NCBI GenBank assembly: GCA_015680685.1
Contig: MNCI01002465.1
Location: 909,753-973,752, forward strand
Direction: 5' to 3'
Length of the DNA: 64,000 nt
DNA from: Gnetum montanum
Lineage: Eukaryota > Plantae > Gnetophyta
In this document: positions 42,900 through 55,190 of the stretch, piece by piece
How the letters are laid out: each line of letters opens with the position of its first letter
How positions within the stretch are numbered: the stretch's first letter is position 1
Translations under genes and position numbers: made by a program
Notes under the pieces: generated by a model
Databases searched by the model: none
What the model was told of the DNA's origin: nothing
What the model saw: only the letters and a program-made list of their open reading frames with translations

Positions 42900-45800
42900 T
42901 TATGTAATTTATCAGTTATGGGATAAGTTGGATCACTTAGCTTTACAAGTTCATCTTCTCTAAGTTCCTTAATGTGATGTTGATGATATAACTTAAGTCT
43001 TTGTCTATTGACTAATAATGTATTTGAAAAATCATTAATAGGTGATATGAGAATGCTTTTAATATCATGGGGTTGGATAACTAAATAAGTGCCTTCTCAA
43101 CCAGTTGTTAACTTCCCTGGAAATTTATGTAATCTCATATTATAGAGAATAACTTTATCACCTATAGAAAAGTGTTTTTTAAAGATATTCTTATTATGTA
43201 ATGTCTCCATTTTTTTCTTTACAATTTTTTATGTGTCAAGAGCATGCAGCCACATTTTGTCAAGTTCACGAAGTTGGTTGATTCGAGTTTTCTAGTTTAT
43301 ATCTTCTTCAAAGTTGAGTTGTTGGGCTAATCATAAAGATTGATATTTAAGTTCAATAGGCAATAGATATAACTTACCAAAAACCAATTGATAAGATGAA
43401 TATACTAAACTTGGTTTATAGGTAATTTGATAATCCTAAAGTACATCTTGCAATTTTTTAGACCAATCCTTTCCTTTAGTGCATATAGTTTTTGTTCATG
43501 ATAATTATATTAGCATTCTCTACTTGGCCATTTGTTTGAGGATGATAGGCAGTAGCTAATTTATGTTGGATATCACAAAACTTAAGGAATTTTTCTATGA
43601 TTTTATTGACAAAATGGATTCCTTGATCACTAATGATCACCCATGGAGTTCCAAAATACATTAAAATATTTCTCTAGGAATGCTACAACAACCTTAACAT
43701 CATTTATTGGGGTGGATTTTGCTTCTACCCATTCAGTGACATAGTCTATACAAACCAAAATGTATTGATATCCATTAGATGGTGGAAATGGTCCTAAAAA
43801 TTCTATACCCCATATATCAAATGGTTCTGTTATTAAAATTGGTTTGAAGGGAATTTTATGTCTTTTTGTTATGGCTTCCATTTATTAACATTTATCACAT
43901 TTTTGTGCATACTTATGTGCATCTTTAAAAATTGAGAGCCAATAAGATCCACTTTGAAGGATTTTGATAACAGTACATTTTCTATCAAAGTGCCACCCCC
44001 TAAATCATCATGGCAGATTTGTAAATTTTCTTGTTGTTCATTCTCAACCATACATCTCTTTACTATGTTATCCTTACAGATTTGATAGAGATATGGACTA
44101 CTCCAGATGTACCTAGATATGGTGCATAAGCAAAATTTCTTTTCTTCCTTAGTTTAATTGAGAAGGGTATTCATATTGGCTAGATAGTTAGCTATATCAG
44201 CAAACTAAGGATATTTTCTTGTAGAAAAAAGTTGTTCATTAGAAAATTCATCATTAAAGACTCTTTGTATTTGATTCTCATTAGTAGTTTCTAGCCTTGA
44301 AAGATTATCTACTACTACATTTTTTCTTCCTCTCTTATCTAAATTATCTAGGTCAAATTCTTGGAGTAATATGCACCATCTCACTATTCTTGCATTTTCT
44401 ATTTTTTACCTAAGAATTTAATTATTGAATGATTAGTATATACTCTAGTCTTATATCCTATTAAATAAAGTCTAAATTTATCTAAAGCATATACAATAGC
44501 TAATAATTATTTTTTTTGTAGTTGTATAGTTTACTTGGACTTGGTCTAAACTTTTGGATACATAATAAATCACTCGTGGTTTATGATCAATGTATTATCC
44601 AAACATTTCCCCTACTGCTATGTCACTAGTGTTACACATTAGATCAAATGAATAATCCTAGTTAGGTGCATTTACTACAGGGGTTGTGATTACTCATTTT
44701 CTCAATTCCAAGAATGGTTCCTAACATTCATTAGTCCAAACAAATGAAATATCTTTTTCTAAGAGCATGTATAATGGTTTAGTAATTTTTGAAAAGTCTT
44801 TGGTAAACCTTCTATAATACCTAGCATGTTCTAGAAAAGATAAAAAGTCTGTAAATTAGTCGGAGCTAGAAGTGTAGATACGACTCTTATTTTCTCATCA
44901 TCCATCCTTATCCCATCTTTAGAAATAACATGTCCTAATACTATGCCACCTGTAACTATCAAGTGACTCTTTTTCCAACTTAATTTTAAATTTTTATGAG
45001 TACATCTATCTAAGACATGTTCAAGATGTTGTAAAGTTTCATCATAGGTATTCCCATAGACTGAAAATCATTCATAAAAACTTCAACATAATCTTCTAAC
45101 ATATTAGAAAATATTAAGACCATGGATCTTTGAAAAGTAGTTGGTGTATTACGAAGGCCAAAAGACATACATTTATAAGCAAAAGTTCTATAAGAACATG
45201 TAAAGGTTGTTTTATGTTCTTTAGTAGTAATGGCTACTTGATTGTTACCACTAAATCCATCCAAAAAGTAATAATATTTATGTCAAACTAATTTTTCTAG
45301 AATTTGATCTATGTATGGTAATGGAAAATGGTCTTTCTTTGTATTTTGGTTTAACCTTCTATAATCTAGACAAACTCATCATTTTCCACCCTTTTTTGGT
45401 ACTGCAGTAATGGGGCTTATCCATTTACTATTAGCTATTGGATAAATTATTCCTTTTTTCCAAAGTTTTGAAATTTCATCCTTAACAATTTGTTTTAAGG
45501 CTGGATTAAGTTTTCTTGGGGGAATTCTTACTAGTTTTACATTATCCTCTAGATAGATATGATGTTGGCAAATGTTGGGTGAGATTCCTTGGTGAAGGTC
45601 CTCATAACTCCATGCAAATGCCATAGATTTTCTATGTAAAACTTCTAATAATTTTCTTTCTTGCGTATTAGTAAATTGGAAATTTATTATTAATGGTTTA
45701 TTATGATCTAGGAAAACATACTTAAGTGTACTATGTAGTTCTCTAAGATCCAAGAAATCTTTGTTTGTTGATTGAATTATTTTTCGAATATTCCTTGAAC

Positions 45801-47760
45801 CAAAATTCGAAATCTAGGCAATGAGATCTTGTTGTTTTTTAGTTGAGGGATCTAAAGGTCCTTCCTCAAAATTATTCAACACTAAGCTTTCCCTATCTTA
45901 TGCCATTACTGGAGTGGGTAAAGTGTAGAGCATTCTTGCTTCCTTCAAGTCTACATTTAAATGATCTTCTTTCACCTTATCATATATATTTAGTATAAAA
46001 GTAAGATTGGAAAATCTATAATCAATTACCGCATTAGCTGTTGTTAAGCAAGGTCTACCTAATATAATAGGAAAACAATCAATATCTTTTGCTTCCAAAA
46101 TAACAAAGTCAATTAGGTATTTTCCTTTTTCTACCTCAATTACCAAGTCCTCTACTATTCCTATGGGTTTTACATTTGAACCATCAGAAAATGATATTAT
46201 CATATTCGCTCCTTTGATATCTTGTATATCAAGTGACTTAGCCATTTCAAGAGGCATGCCATTAATGTTGGCTCCTAAATCCAATAGGGAATTTTTAATT
46301 ACTTGGCCATTTATTTTGATTGGAATGGTAGGGACTCTAGGATCTTAGTATTTTGGAATCTCATGATTTTGTATAAGTTTAGAAATATTGTCAACTAAAT
46401 AAACTTGTTTAGGAATTTTTTCCTTTTCTTCTCCTAGTGCATAATTTCCTTAAGTATTTGGCGTAAAGTGGTATGTCTTTTATTGCTTTTTATAAAGGGA
46501 TATGCAAATACAATTCACTAAACATTTTTTTTAAGATGGGTTTTAATTGTAAAATCTTCTTGTAATCATTTAGGGAAAAGAGGTAAAACTAGTGCCCTAG
46601 AGAGTAATGGTTGTTCTTTTTCCCTAATTGGTTGGTCTTCGTCATTTACTACTTGTGTCTCTACCTCCTCAAATCTCACCTTCTTTTGGGATTTAGGTTC
46701 AATTGTTTTTCCACTCCTTCTAGTGATGGAATATAATTGCTCTTTACCCTTTCTTTGAGATGTAGGATTTGGTTTAGGTTGGAATGGTAATTCGTTTTTC
46801 ATTAAGTCCTAAAATCTCCTTCTAGTCTCACTCATGAATTATCTACTTTCATTTATGAAGGAAGTAAGGCTTTGGCTGAGTTTATCCAAGTGTTCATTAG
46901 TTGGATTCTTAAATGGCCTAAAGTTATTTTGAGGATGATGTTGTTGGTAAAATGGTTGTTGAGGAAGGTTCATTATTGGTTGGCTCTTAAATGGTTGAAA
47001 AAGCATTACTAACTCTTGCATTTACTCTTGACAATAGAACAAGGCTAGGCAAGTTGTTTGGTCATGTTGGGAACTACCACAAATGTTGCACAATTCTTGT
47101 TTAATTTCATGAGCTAATTTTTTAATTAATCGTGTCGACTCATCCACTTTTTTATTTAACTGTTTTGTTTGTTAAGTCATGCCTTGCATAATATTGGGTT
47201 TTGGCCAATGTTTACTTTGATATACTAATGAATTTATGATTCTCCAACCATCTTCTGGGGTCACATTTAAAACATTTCCTCCACATGCAAAGTCAACATT
47301 TTTCCTACAATAAAGTAATAATACTTCTACAAAGATTTGAATTGATTGATGGCTTGGGAATCCATGGTTTGGATTTTTTAAGCATAATCCTTTAAATCTA
47401 TCAAAGCTACTCTCATAATCTTTATTCTCATGTTGCATTAAACCTCATTAATTGCTTCCTTAATGAATATAGTCTATCATTAAAAAGAAATCTTTGTAGA
47501 AAAGAATTCTTAAATTCGTCCCTTGAACTAATTTTTGCTCTAAGGATTTGTAGCCAAAAATCAACTTTGTCCTTTAAGGTTGATTTAAAGGTAATCATCT
47601 TAATTCTAACCCCACTTTGAGGTGCTAACATGGCTAATGTTGTTTCAAATTCTCTTATGTGGATAATTGGATCCTCATAATTTGTTCCTTTATAGATAGG
47701 TAATAAATAAATATTTTTAACCTCTACATCTCTTCCATGTGGAAAAACTAATGGTCCCTA
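42900..47760 (-). pseudogene. Degenerate gag-pol of element A
   Basis: gag 47172-47631, PR 45898-46284 (DLGANIN, PIILGRP), RT 45010-45753 (SKWISPITAVPKKGG, DGFSGNNQV, VFMNDF), INT 43476-44051 (WGIEFLGPFPPS, YHPQTNGQVE). Confidence 0.95.
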
Positions 47761-48641
47761 AAGTATAATTAATGTTCTTTGATTCAATAACTCCCCAAGC
47801 ATTTGTCCTGGGTAAGGCTGACCAATTGAAGCATTGGAACTCAAACTACCAAAGGAGAGAGGAATTGAACCTAAGGAAAATGTGGGAGGTGTCTAATGTG
47901 AAGATGAGCCCATGATGTAAGTAGAAGTTACTATTGGGGTTACTATAGGATTTGGTATAGAAATAAAGACTGGTGATGGAGTTTGTAAATTCAAAGTACT
48001 CACTAGTTGGGTAATACCTCTAATTGTAATCACATATGTTAATATTAGGGGTAGTACTTAGATTCTGAGACCTTACCTCCATAGTTGAACTCATGGTTGT
48101 AGTTCAAATATCAAATAAAGGATGAACAAATATGGAAAAATTATGTTGTGTTTTTTCTTTCGGATTTTGTGTTATCAAAGTGAAAAAAAATCAGATCTTG
48201 ATTGTATTAATTCCTCTTGGTCTTTTTTTTTAGTGACTTTGATACATTTATAAAGGCTAAGAGTGCTCCTAGAAGGTTGAATCCATGTTGGTTTCTTTGA
48301 TTGCTTTGTTGGTTTCATTTAATAAGAACATTCTTTGTTGGCACATTCATGGGCTACCATTCGTAAGAATTTACAAATTGATTTAATAACTCCTACTATC
48401 ATGACTTTAATTGGAACTTTTTAAATAGTTTCAGTTGGTTGTATGATAAGAGGAGCTAATTCCTAGGATTTTTCCTTATTTTTAGATTTTTTAATGTGAG
48501 AAAAACAAGTAAAAGAAACCATTTCTCTAATTGCTTAAATAAAATAAAATATAATAAAATGTACCTAGAATATAAAATTAAAACATATAGAACTCTTGAT
48601 GATAATTAACTCTGCCAGCCTCCCTGACAATAATGCCTAAT

Positions 48642-49891
48642 TGACAAACTAGCAAAATTTAGTGCTAAATACCTTTAATCTTTATCTTCGTTTCTTTCAT
48701 TGTAGAAATTGTCACTTTGTCTATAACTAACCAATGAGTCGTATCCCATGGAGGAATGAATTAAAGTCAAAAGATCATCAAGACATAAAACCAATGATTA
48801 GATCTAGATTCAATTAAGAACACCACACTTACCATTGTCACCCATCAGTAAAATCAACAATATTCACCTTATATTCACCTTAACTTCTAACATAAAGTTC
48901 AAAGATGAATACAATTAATTAAACCAAATTTAATTTAAATAAATTTATGAGAAATAAGGAAAATTATAAAGGGGATGTCACATAATTTGTGACCCTACTC
49001 TATTATCTCCATAGTGCAACAACTTCACAATCTTAAAACATTGTTAGTTATTAATTGCCACAAAGCATCAATGCTCTTCCTTCATAATTTTTACACAAAC
49101 AAAATTCTAATTTGATGTGGTTCTTTCAATAGTAATCTCTTTCTATTTCTTCAATCCTTTTTTTCTATTCTCTCTCTCTCTCTCTCCACACACACACACC
49201 ACCTCACCTTTTTATTGCATTTGGCCATAGAATTTATAAAGACTAGTCTAGCACATGAGGAGCCAGCACTTGCATGTAATTGCTATGGGAATTACTACCC
49301 ACACATAACATCCACTATCACCACCCCCATAGGTAACATTTGCTGTAATGTCCACTACCACCACCCACACAGGTAGCATTCAGTGTAATGTCCATTGCCA
49401 CCACGTGGCAAAGAAACATGTAACTCCCACCACCCATGTGTAGGTAATGGTTGCAAGAACATGCAACTATAAAAATAACTAAGAACCACACCTCATTACC
49501 CATGTAACGTTTAATTGTAGCACCAATGTCCAAGTTATAGCTCCATTACTACCATAAATCCTCAATGTGCATTCCTATTATTGTTGCAAAAACAAAACCA
49601 GAAACCAGAAAACATAATAACATTATAGATCAAGAAATTGGATTCTTCAATTGCCACCATATGGCTACCTAGCAACAAAACCTATGCCTCTAGTTCAAGT
49701 CTTTAGTACATAAAAACTAATAAACTAATAATAATCTAATAATAATAAACTAATATTCATCACTATGATAAACTAAAATACAATAAAATAAAACAAATTA
49801 AAATAACTAAAATAAACATTAATTAAACACCAATTAAATAATTAACAATATGTAATTAAGATTTTAAAACTATCAATTTTGGGGTTTAACA
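48642..49891 (-). repeat. 5' LTR of element A
   Basis: Direct repeat of 39921-41141. Adjacent degenerate tRNA-Asp-type PBS (minus strand TAGGCATTATTGTCAGGGA). Confidence 0.95.
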
Positions 49892-50551
49892 ATGGCCAAA
49901 ACAACATCAATTATCATATGGCTCACTGTGATTTAAACCATATGTTTAGTATTCACTAATACAAAGTGAAAAGACAACGATCACGAACTTCAACTCAATT
50001 ACTAGCATAATTACATTGAGCATCTACAAATTACGATCAGGTCATGCATGAACACTTGTGACTTGTATGGCTGAGTGTTGGATGCTCCACTACTCATCAA
50101 CATTGATGGAGTTCACTGGATTACATAGCTATTAACAAAGTAAAATTTCTTTCTTATCTATGTCAATCCTCTTTCCTTTCTTTTAGAACAATGATTGACA
50201 TAAGTAGCCATGTTTTTTCTTTGAAAATTAAAGATTAATATTTTTCAATCTATGTTGGTACCCTACATGACGAGGTCAAAACCTTGACTAGATGCATTCT
50301 AGTGGCTAATGCCAATATAAGGATATTCAATATGATAGGGTCAATCCATAACACGACTATGTTTTAGATTATAGTTTGTCTTCATAAACATGATCCTTCA
50401 ACTAAATCTTTAAGTTGCTCCCATGGTAGTTATGCAACATTTGTAAATAATAAAATATAGTTGGTGTTCATTAAATTATAATCAACTTTTCATTGTAGAT
50501 ATTCACACTTTATACACTTGGTGAATTGATTAATAACAATTCTAAACAATG

Positions 50552-50761
50552 CACCCAAGGGTGTAAGGAAAATGGTTAGGACACATCTCTGGGTTAAGAG
50601 ATTGTGGGTTTGATTCTTGCCTACACTTCTATGTGTGGAAGTAGTGCCATAGCTTTGTGGTAGGGAAGTATGGCAACAATGGCATTAATAGATCACATCT
50701 ACCCTACTATGTGCGTAAGGGTTGTGTTACAAACTCTGAGTTACCTTGCTTTAAAAAAAAA
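50552..50761 (+). mobile_element. tRNA-derived SINE (~210 bp) with poly(A) tail and 11-bp TSD
   Basis: TCTAAACAATG at 50541-50551 and 50762-50772. A-box-like TAAGGAAAATGG, B-box-like GGGTTTGATTC and a 3' A9 tail. Confidence 0.8.
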
Positions 50762-50889
50762 TCTAAACAATGTCAAAGTCTTATTTGACTCTTACATATG
50801 ATTGAGCACTAAAATCTTTTCTTCATCCACTTCATCTTGAAGCATGAGTTCAACCGTTTTATACAACTTTGGAATTGCAGACCTATTTC

Positions 50890-51135
50890 AACAAGCACGT
50901 TGATGACTTTTATTCGTCTTTGTAATTTTTGTCTGACACGCACGTTAAAGTCTTTGATGACTTTTATTCGTCTTTGTAATTTTTGTCTGACACGCACTTT
51001 AAAGTCTTTGATGACTTTTATTCGTCTTTGTAAATTTTTTCAACAAGCACGTTGATGACTTTTATTCGTCTTTGTAATTTTGTTCTGACACGCACGTTAA
51101 AGTCTTTTAATTTTCTTTGTAAATTTTTTCTAACA
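50890..51135. repeat. Tandem repeat (~54-bp unit, ~4.5 copies) upstream of the P450, with four CACGTT motifs
   Basis: Unit GATGACTTTTATTCGTCTTTGTAATTTTTGTCTGACACGCACGTTAAAGTCTTT and variants. Confidence 0.95.
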
Positions 51136-51463
51136 CATTGATGAATTTTAACAGTAGAATGGGTTAGAATCATAAGCTTTTCAAAAATCTGGACGAGGAC
51201 GACCTCGAAAACTTTTGGAGTATAAATACACGTCAAATGTGAAAGCTAATGCTATTGCATCCAGTCAGAAAGGAAAGCAATACCACATTATTTAAAACGA
51301 AAACATCTATCCTCCGAATTATTGGACACACGCCGTATATCCGCATTCTTCCATGGACCGTTAGATGGTTATCTACTGGATTTCTTTCTGAATCTCCTGG
51401 ACCCCAAGTGTAACGCAAAAATCGCGGGTCTGTGCATTTACGTATAAAAAATTAATAAAAAAT

Positions 51464-51682
51464 CTATAAATACTTTTTTTCTAACGAATGAAAGAAGTCG
51501 ATCACGCGAATTCTTAAACATGCTCAGCTCAGTCGTCACTGCCCACAAGAATCAGACCAATTCGTAGGTCGATATTCAAAAGTCAGAGAAACGTGTAGCT
51601 TAAAAAAATATCTGCATCTCTTATACTTGTCGAGAGTCGTTGAAAAACAGAGACAAAGCATATGCCTTTTGTAAATATATAC
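51464..51682 (+). promoter_or_regulatory. Candidate core promoter of the P450 (TATA-like CTATAAATA at ~51464 or TAAATATATA at ~51672)
   Basis: Motif match and position upstream of ATG 51741 only. Confidence 0.35.
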
Positions 51683-51740
51683 CCATTGTATCCTATTTTT
51701 CATATCTGCATTCCCCTCCTGCAATTGAAAGCTGAGCGAC

Positions 51741-54660
51741 ATGGAGTTACTCTCTTCAGATAACGTGATTGCAATTGTGGCAGTGGTTTTGCTAATCATC
51801 CCTATTCTGTACACCAGATTTGCAAGAGGTGGTACTCATGATTTGCCTCCAGGTCCCGTCGGTTTGCCAATTCTGGGGAATCTGCCTCAGTTGGGAGATC
51901 TGCCTCATCGTACTCTCAAAAAAATGGCAGACAAGTATGGGGATATCATGTTTCTGAGATTGGGCTCTGTTCCCACAGTCGTTGTATCTTCGTATGAGAA
52001 AGCAATGCTGTTTCTAAAGAACCACGACCTCGTGTTTGCCAGCAGACGTATAACTACTGCAGGAGACATTATGTTTAAGCAGAAGGTGGTGCTGGTGTCT
52101 CCTTATGGGGATTTATGGCGCCGTATGCGCAAGCTCTGTGTCACAGAAATGCTCTCTCCCAAAAGAGTGGAATCTTTCAAACACATTCGACAAGAGCAGG
52201 TATGGAAATCGAAATACGGAGTTGCTTTATTGAGCTTGCTGAATATTGAAGATCTAATTATACCTTATTCAACACCCCTCCCCACCTCCCCAAAATTGGG
52301 TATCTTTTAGTACGTAATCTAATTATACCTTGTTCAGTATACAGTGTTACAGTCTTACAGGTTATAGAATCCAGTCACTGTAATTGCCCAGTCCTAAATT
52401 CAGAAATATGAAATATGTGACTGATAACTAGTCAATGAAAACTGAAAGTAGTGGCCAATTCACAGCCTACGTGATCTGGCATTAGTTTGCAATTTGTATA
52501 AGGTCATTTTGTGTAATCGGCTAGAAAATTGTGACTCGGGTTTATCCTTTTTGGTTCGCAACTTTGTGTTTCTGTGAGGCTTATATTTCTTTTCGTTACA
52601 AACAGTGTTTAAAAGGTTGGAAAATATCTTGGATTTGTATCCCTCAAAAATCACCATAAGTCGGCGCTGCGTTATATTTAAAATTTATACAAATAATACT
52701 TAAATCTATTGATTTTTTTCAAAAATAAGATCTATTATAAATCTATTGATTTTTTTCTAAAAATAAGCTTTATTATAAAAGTAGTGCGGATTCAACTCCA
52801 CTCCGGTAGGCAAAATTTCTAACCAGGTACTAATCGTTAAATCCCCAACTTAGAAAACCATAGTTACAAACACCAGAGTCGCTGCAAGAGCAAGACATAG
52901 TACTGTCATTCAAGATCAGGCTAATACCACTTGATTACGGATACGATGGTCAACTCTATAATTTCGTATATTCATTTCATTACTGAAATGTGAAACAGGT
53001 CGAAGCGCTGATTTGGGATTTGTGGGAAGCCAGCGGCCAGGGATCGAAGGCAGTGAACATGTCTGTGGCAATTGGAGACGTGGGTTCGAAAGTTTCTCTG
53101 CGTATGGTGACCGGCCGAACATACAAAGGCGACTCCCTGCAATTGGCGGACGGCTCTACACTGGTTTTCAAGACTGTTCTTCACGACGGTGGAAAAGTTT
53201 TGGGCAGTTTTAATATCGGGGATTTTATCCCGTTTCTGAACGTCTTTGATCTGCAAGGCATTCGCAAGAAAGCGCGGCAGGTCAAAAAGACCCTAGATTA
53301 CATTTTCGAGCAAATGATCGAGGATCATCTTCAGCATCCTCTGCCTGCCGATGCTGATCATGCCAAGGACTTTGTGGATGTGTTGCTCGAGATGCTTCAC
53401 GAAAATCCCGGTAATGCCACTATGGAAAACGTCAAGTGCATGATGCTGGTAACCTTCTCAGTGCCTGACTCTTTCCACCATGAAAATCATGAATTGATTG
53501 ATTGACCAATCTTTTTTTTTTGTCTTGGGTTTGTCTTCACTAATATTTCAAAGCAGCATGACAGCGATTTTCTGACCTTTCGGAAATATTTTCCCGTTTG
53601 ATGTTTATCTATGACGTTATGACATATGAAAATTCATGCTTATGTTAATCTACAGTTTTCTGACCGGCAGGTTTGATTGAGATGTATGTAATACTGATCT
53701 AGTTCTAACGAATAGAATCGAATGGCTATGACAGCAAAAAATTATATTAAGTTGATATGCAAGCGCATTCACGCGACCAGACAGGTTTAAATTTAATTAT
53801 GTCCGAGTGATCAAGTCAACAAATTAGCAAAATATAAGCAAGGTCACATTCATATGTGCGTGCATTGAATTTTCAACCACGAGAAGGCCCATAAATGCAC
53901 CGCTCTGACGCATTCCTGTGCGCCTGTATTTCTTCGGCTTCTGCATAAACATTGTTTTAAAATATAGATATATATATAATTCACAGAACGAAATTGTTGC
54001 TTGCAGGACATGTATGGGGCGGCGGCGGAGACAACGACAGCAACGCTGGAGTGGCTGATCAGCGAAGTCGCCAGAAACCCAAAAGTCATGTCGAAGCTGC
54101 AGCAAGAAATCGAGACAGTCGTGGCCAAGAATGGCGGAAAGCTCGCCGAAAAGTTGCTTCCCAAAATGACATATCTCAACAGCGTCATCAAGGAAACGCT
54201 GCGGTTGCATCCGTCGGTTGGGCTGGGCGTCCCGCACGAATCGACTCAGGAGGTCATCGTGGATGGGTTCCGCATACCTGAGAAAACGCAGGTGATATTT
54301 AATTTGTGGGCGATTGGAACTGATCCAAGATTCTGGGAAAACGCAGAGGAGTTCGATCCAGCGAGATTCACGACGGATGAGTCCATGGATTTGGCAGCCC
54401 TGAGCTCCGAGTATAAGATGCTTCCCTTCAGTGCTGGCAGGCGAGGTTGCCCCGGAGCCGCCATGGTTGCGCCAATGCTGAGGTTGTGCTTGGCTGCTCT
54501 GTTTTTCGCTTTTGATTGGACGCTTCCGCCGCAGGAGGATGGCGGTGTTGCAGAGTTGGATATGAGCGAGTCATCGGGCATTACAGTTGCGAGAAAACAG
54601 AACCTCATGTTGGTTCCCAGGCTCAGGCATGTTTCTCGTCTGGCTCTCATTCACGAATGA
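51741..54660 (+). CDS. Cytochrome P450, CYP71 clan (CYP750/CYP736-like), 520 aa; exons 51741-52199, 52999-53448, 54007-54660
   Basis: N-terminal membrane anchor, PPGP hinge, WRRMR (C-helix), AAAETT (I-helix), ETLR, PARF and heme motif FSAGRRGCPG. Two GT-AG phase-0 introns (52200-52998, 53449-54006) join into an uninterrupted frame (153+150+217 codons). Confidence 0.95.
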
Positions 54661-54899
54661 ATGCCTTGAAATTCGACTCTTTTTGCCGGTGGTGAATCTG
54701 GTCCCTTGATAATTTGGATATACGTGGTAACATTCTACGAAAAGATAATCGTTGTCGTATCCTCTTCATGTTTATGCTTTTAACCTTTTTTTGATCAATT
54801 CTCTTTGTTGTTCGGCTTCCTGTAAACTCTGCACGTCATTCCTAATCCATACGAAGTATCGCTGTAATAAAATGTTCTTTGTTTGAAACCTTGGAACCT

Positions 54900-55190
54900 T
54901 GTCATGGTTTGTAATATGGTGTTTGTTTAGGATGGTAACCGAGGAGAACAGAAAATTTCTGCACTTATTTACAATGGAACCTTTTGAAGGTCCAATCATA
55001 TGTCATGGTTTGTAATATGATGTTTGTTTGGGATTGTAACCAAGGAGAAGAGCAAATTTCTGCTCTTATTTATTATGAAACCTTTTTTGAGGGTCCTGCC
55101 ACATGTCATGGTTTGCAATATGGTATTTGTTTTGTTTGGGATGGTAAAGAAGGAGGACTGAAAATTTTTGCTCTTATTTACTTATGGTTA
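54900..55190. repeat. Tandem repeat, ~101-bp unit x3, downstream of the P450
   Basis: TGTCATGGTTTG(T/C)AATATG...GGATGGTAA..GAGGAGAA...AAATTTCTGC.CTTATTTA recurs at ~54900, 55001 and 55104. Confidence 0.9.

Larger units (their letters stand above)
39921..49891 (-). mobile_element. Element A: full-length but decayed Athila-like Ty3/gypsy retrotransposon nested in B's 3' LTR
   Basis: LTRs 39921-41141 and 48642-49891 (TG...CA), perfect TSD ATGGC (39916-39920, 49892-49896) and PBS 48621-48639. gag-PR-RT-RH-INT remnants at ~42900-47760. Confidence 0.95.
29540..50099 (+). mobile_element. Element B: non-autonomous Athila-like element (gag-PR, no RT/RH/INT, env-like ORF); 3' LTR split by element A
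   Basis: 5' LTR 29540-~30370. 3' LTR 39244-39920 plus 49892-50099 (ends CTCATCA), preceded by a PPT-like TTGAGGAC...ATGGGGGTA. gag remnants ~30470-32700, protease ~33060-33441 similar to C. Flanks GCACC/ACATT are at best a decayed TSD. Confidence 0.85.

Noticed and set aside
50809-51236. Repetitive-peptide ORFs and CRISPR-like look of the array
   Set aside because: Translations of a simple tandem repeat. There are no unique spacers or cas genes and the context is eukaryotic.
52200-52310. C-terminal extension of ORF 51741-52310 suggesting a truncated P450 pseudogene
   Set aside because: It is read-through into intron 1. GT-AG splicing restores a complete 520-aa frame.
52704-52778. ~37-bp direct duplication in P450 intron 1
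   Set aside because: Ordinary local slippage duplication with no evidence of function.
53824-54650. Overlapping and antisense ORFs (53824-54237, 53850-54191, 53994-54281, 54246-54650)
   Set aside because: Shadows of the GC-rich P450 exon 3, with no independent motifs.
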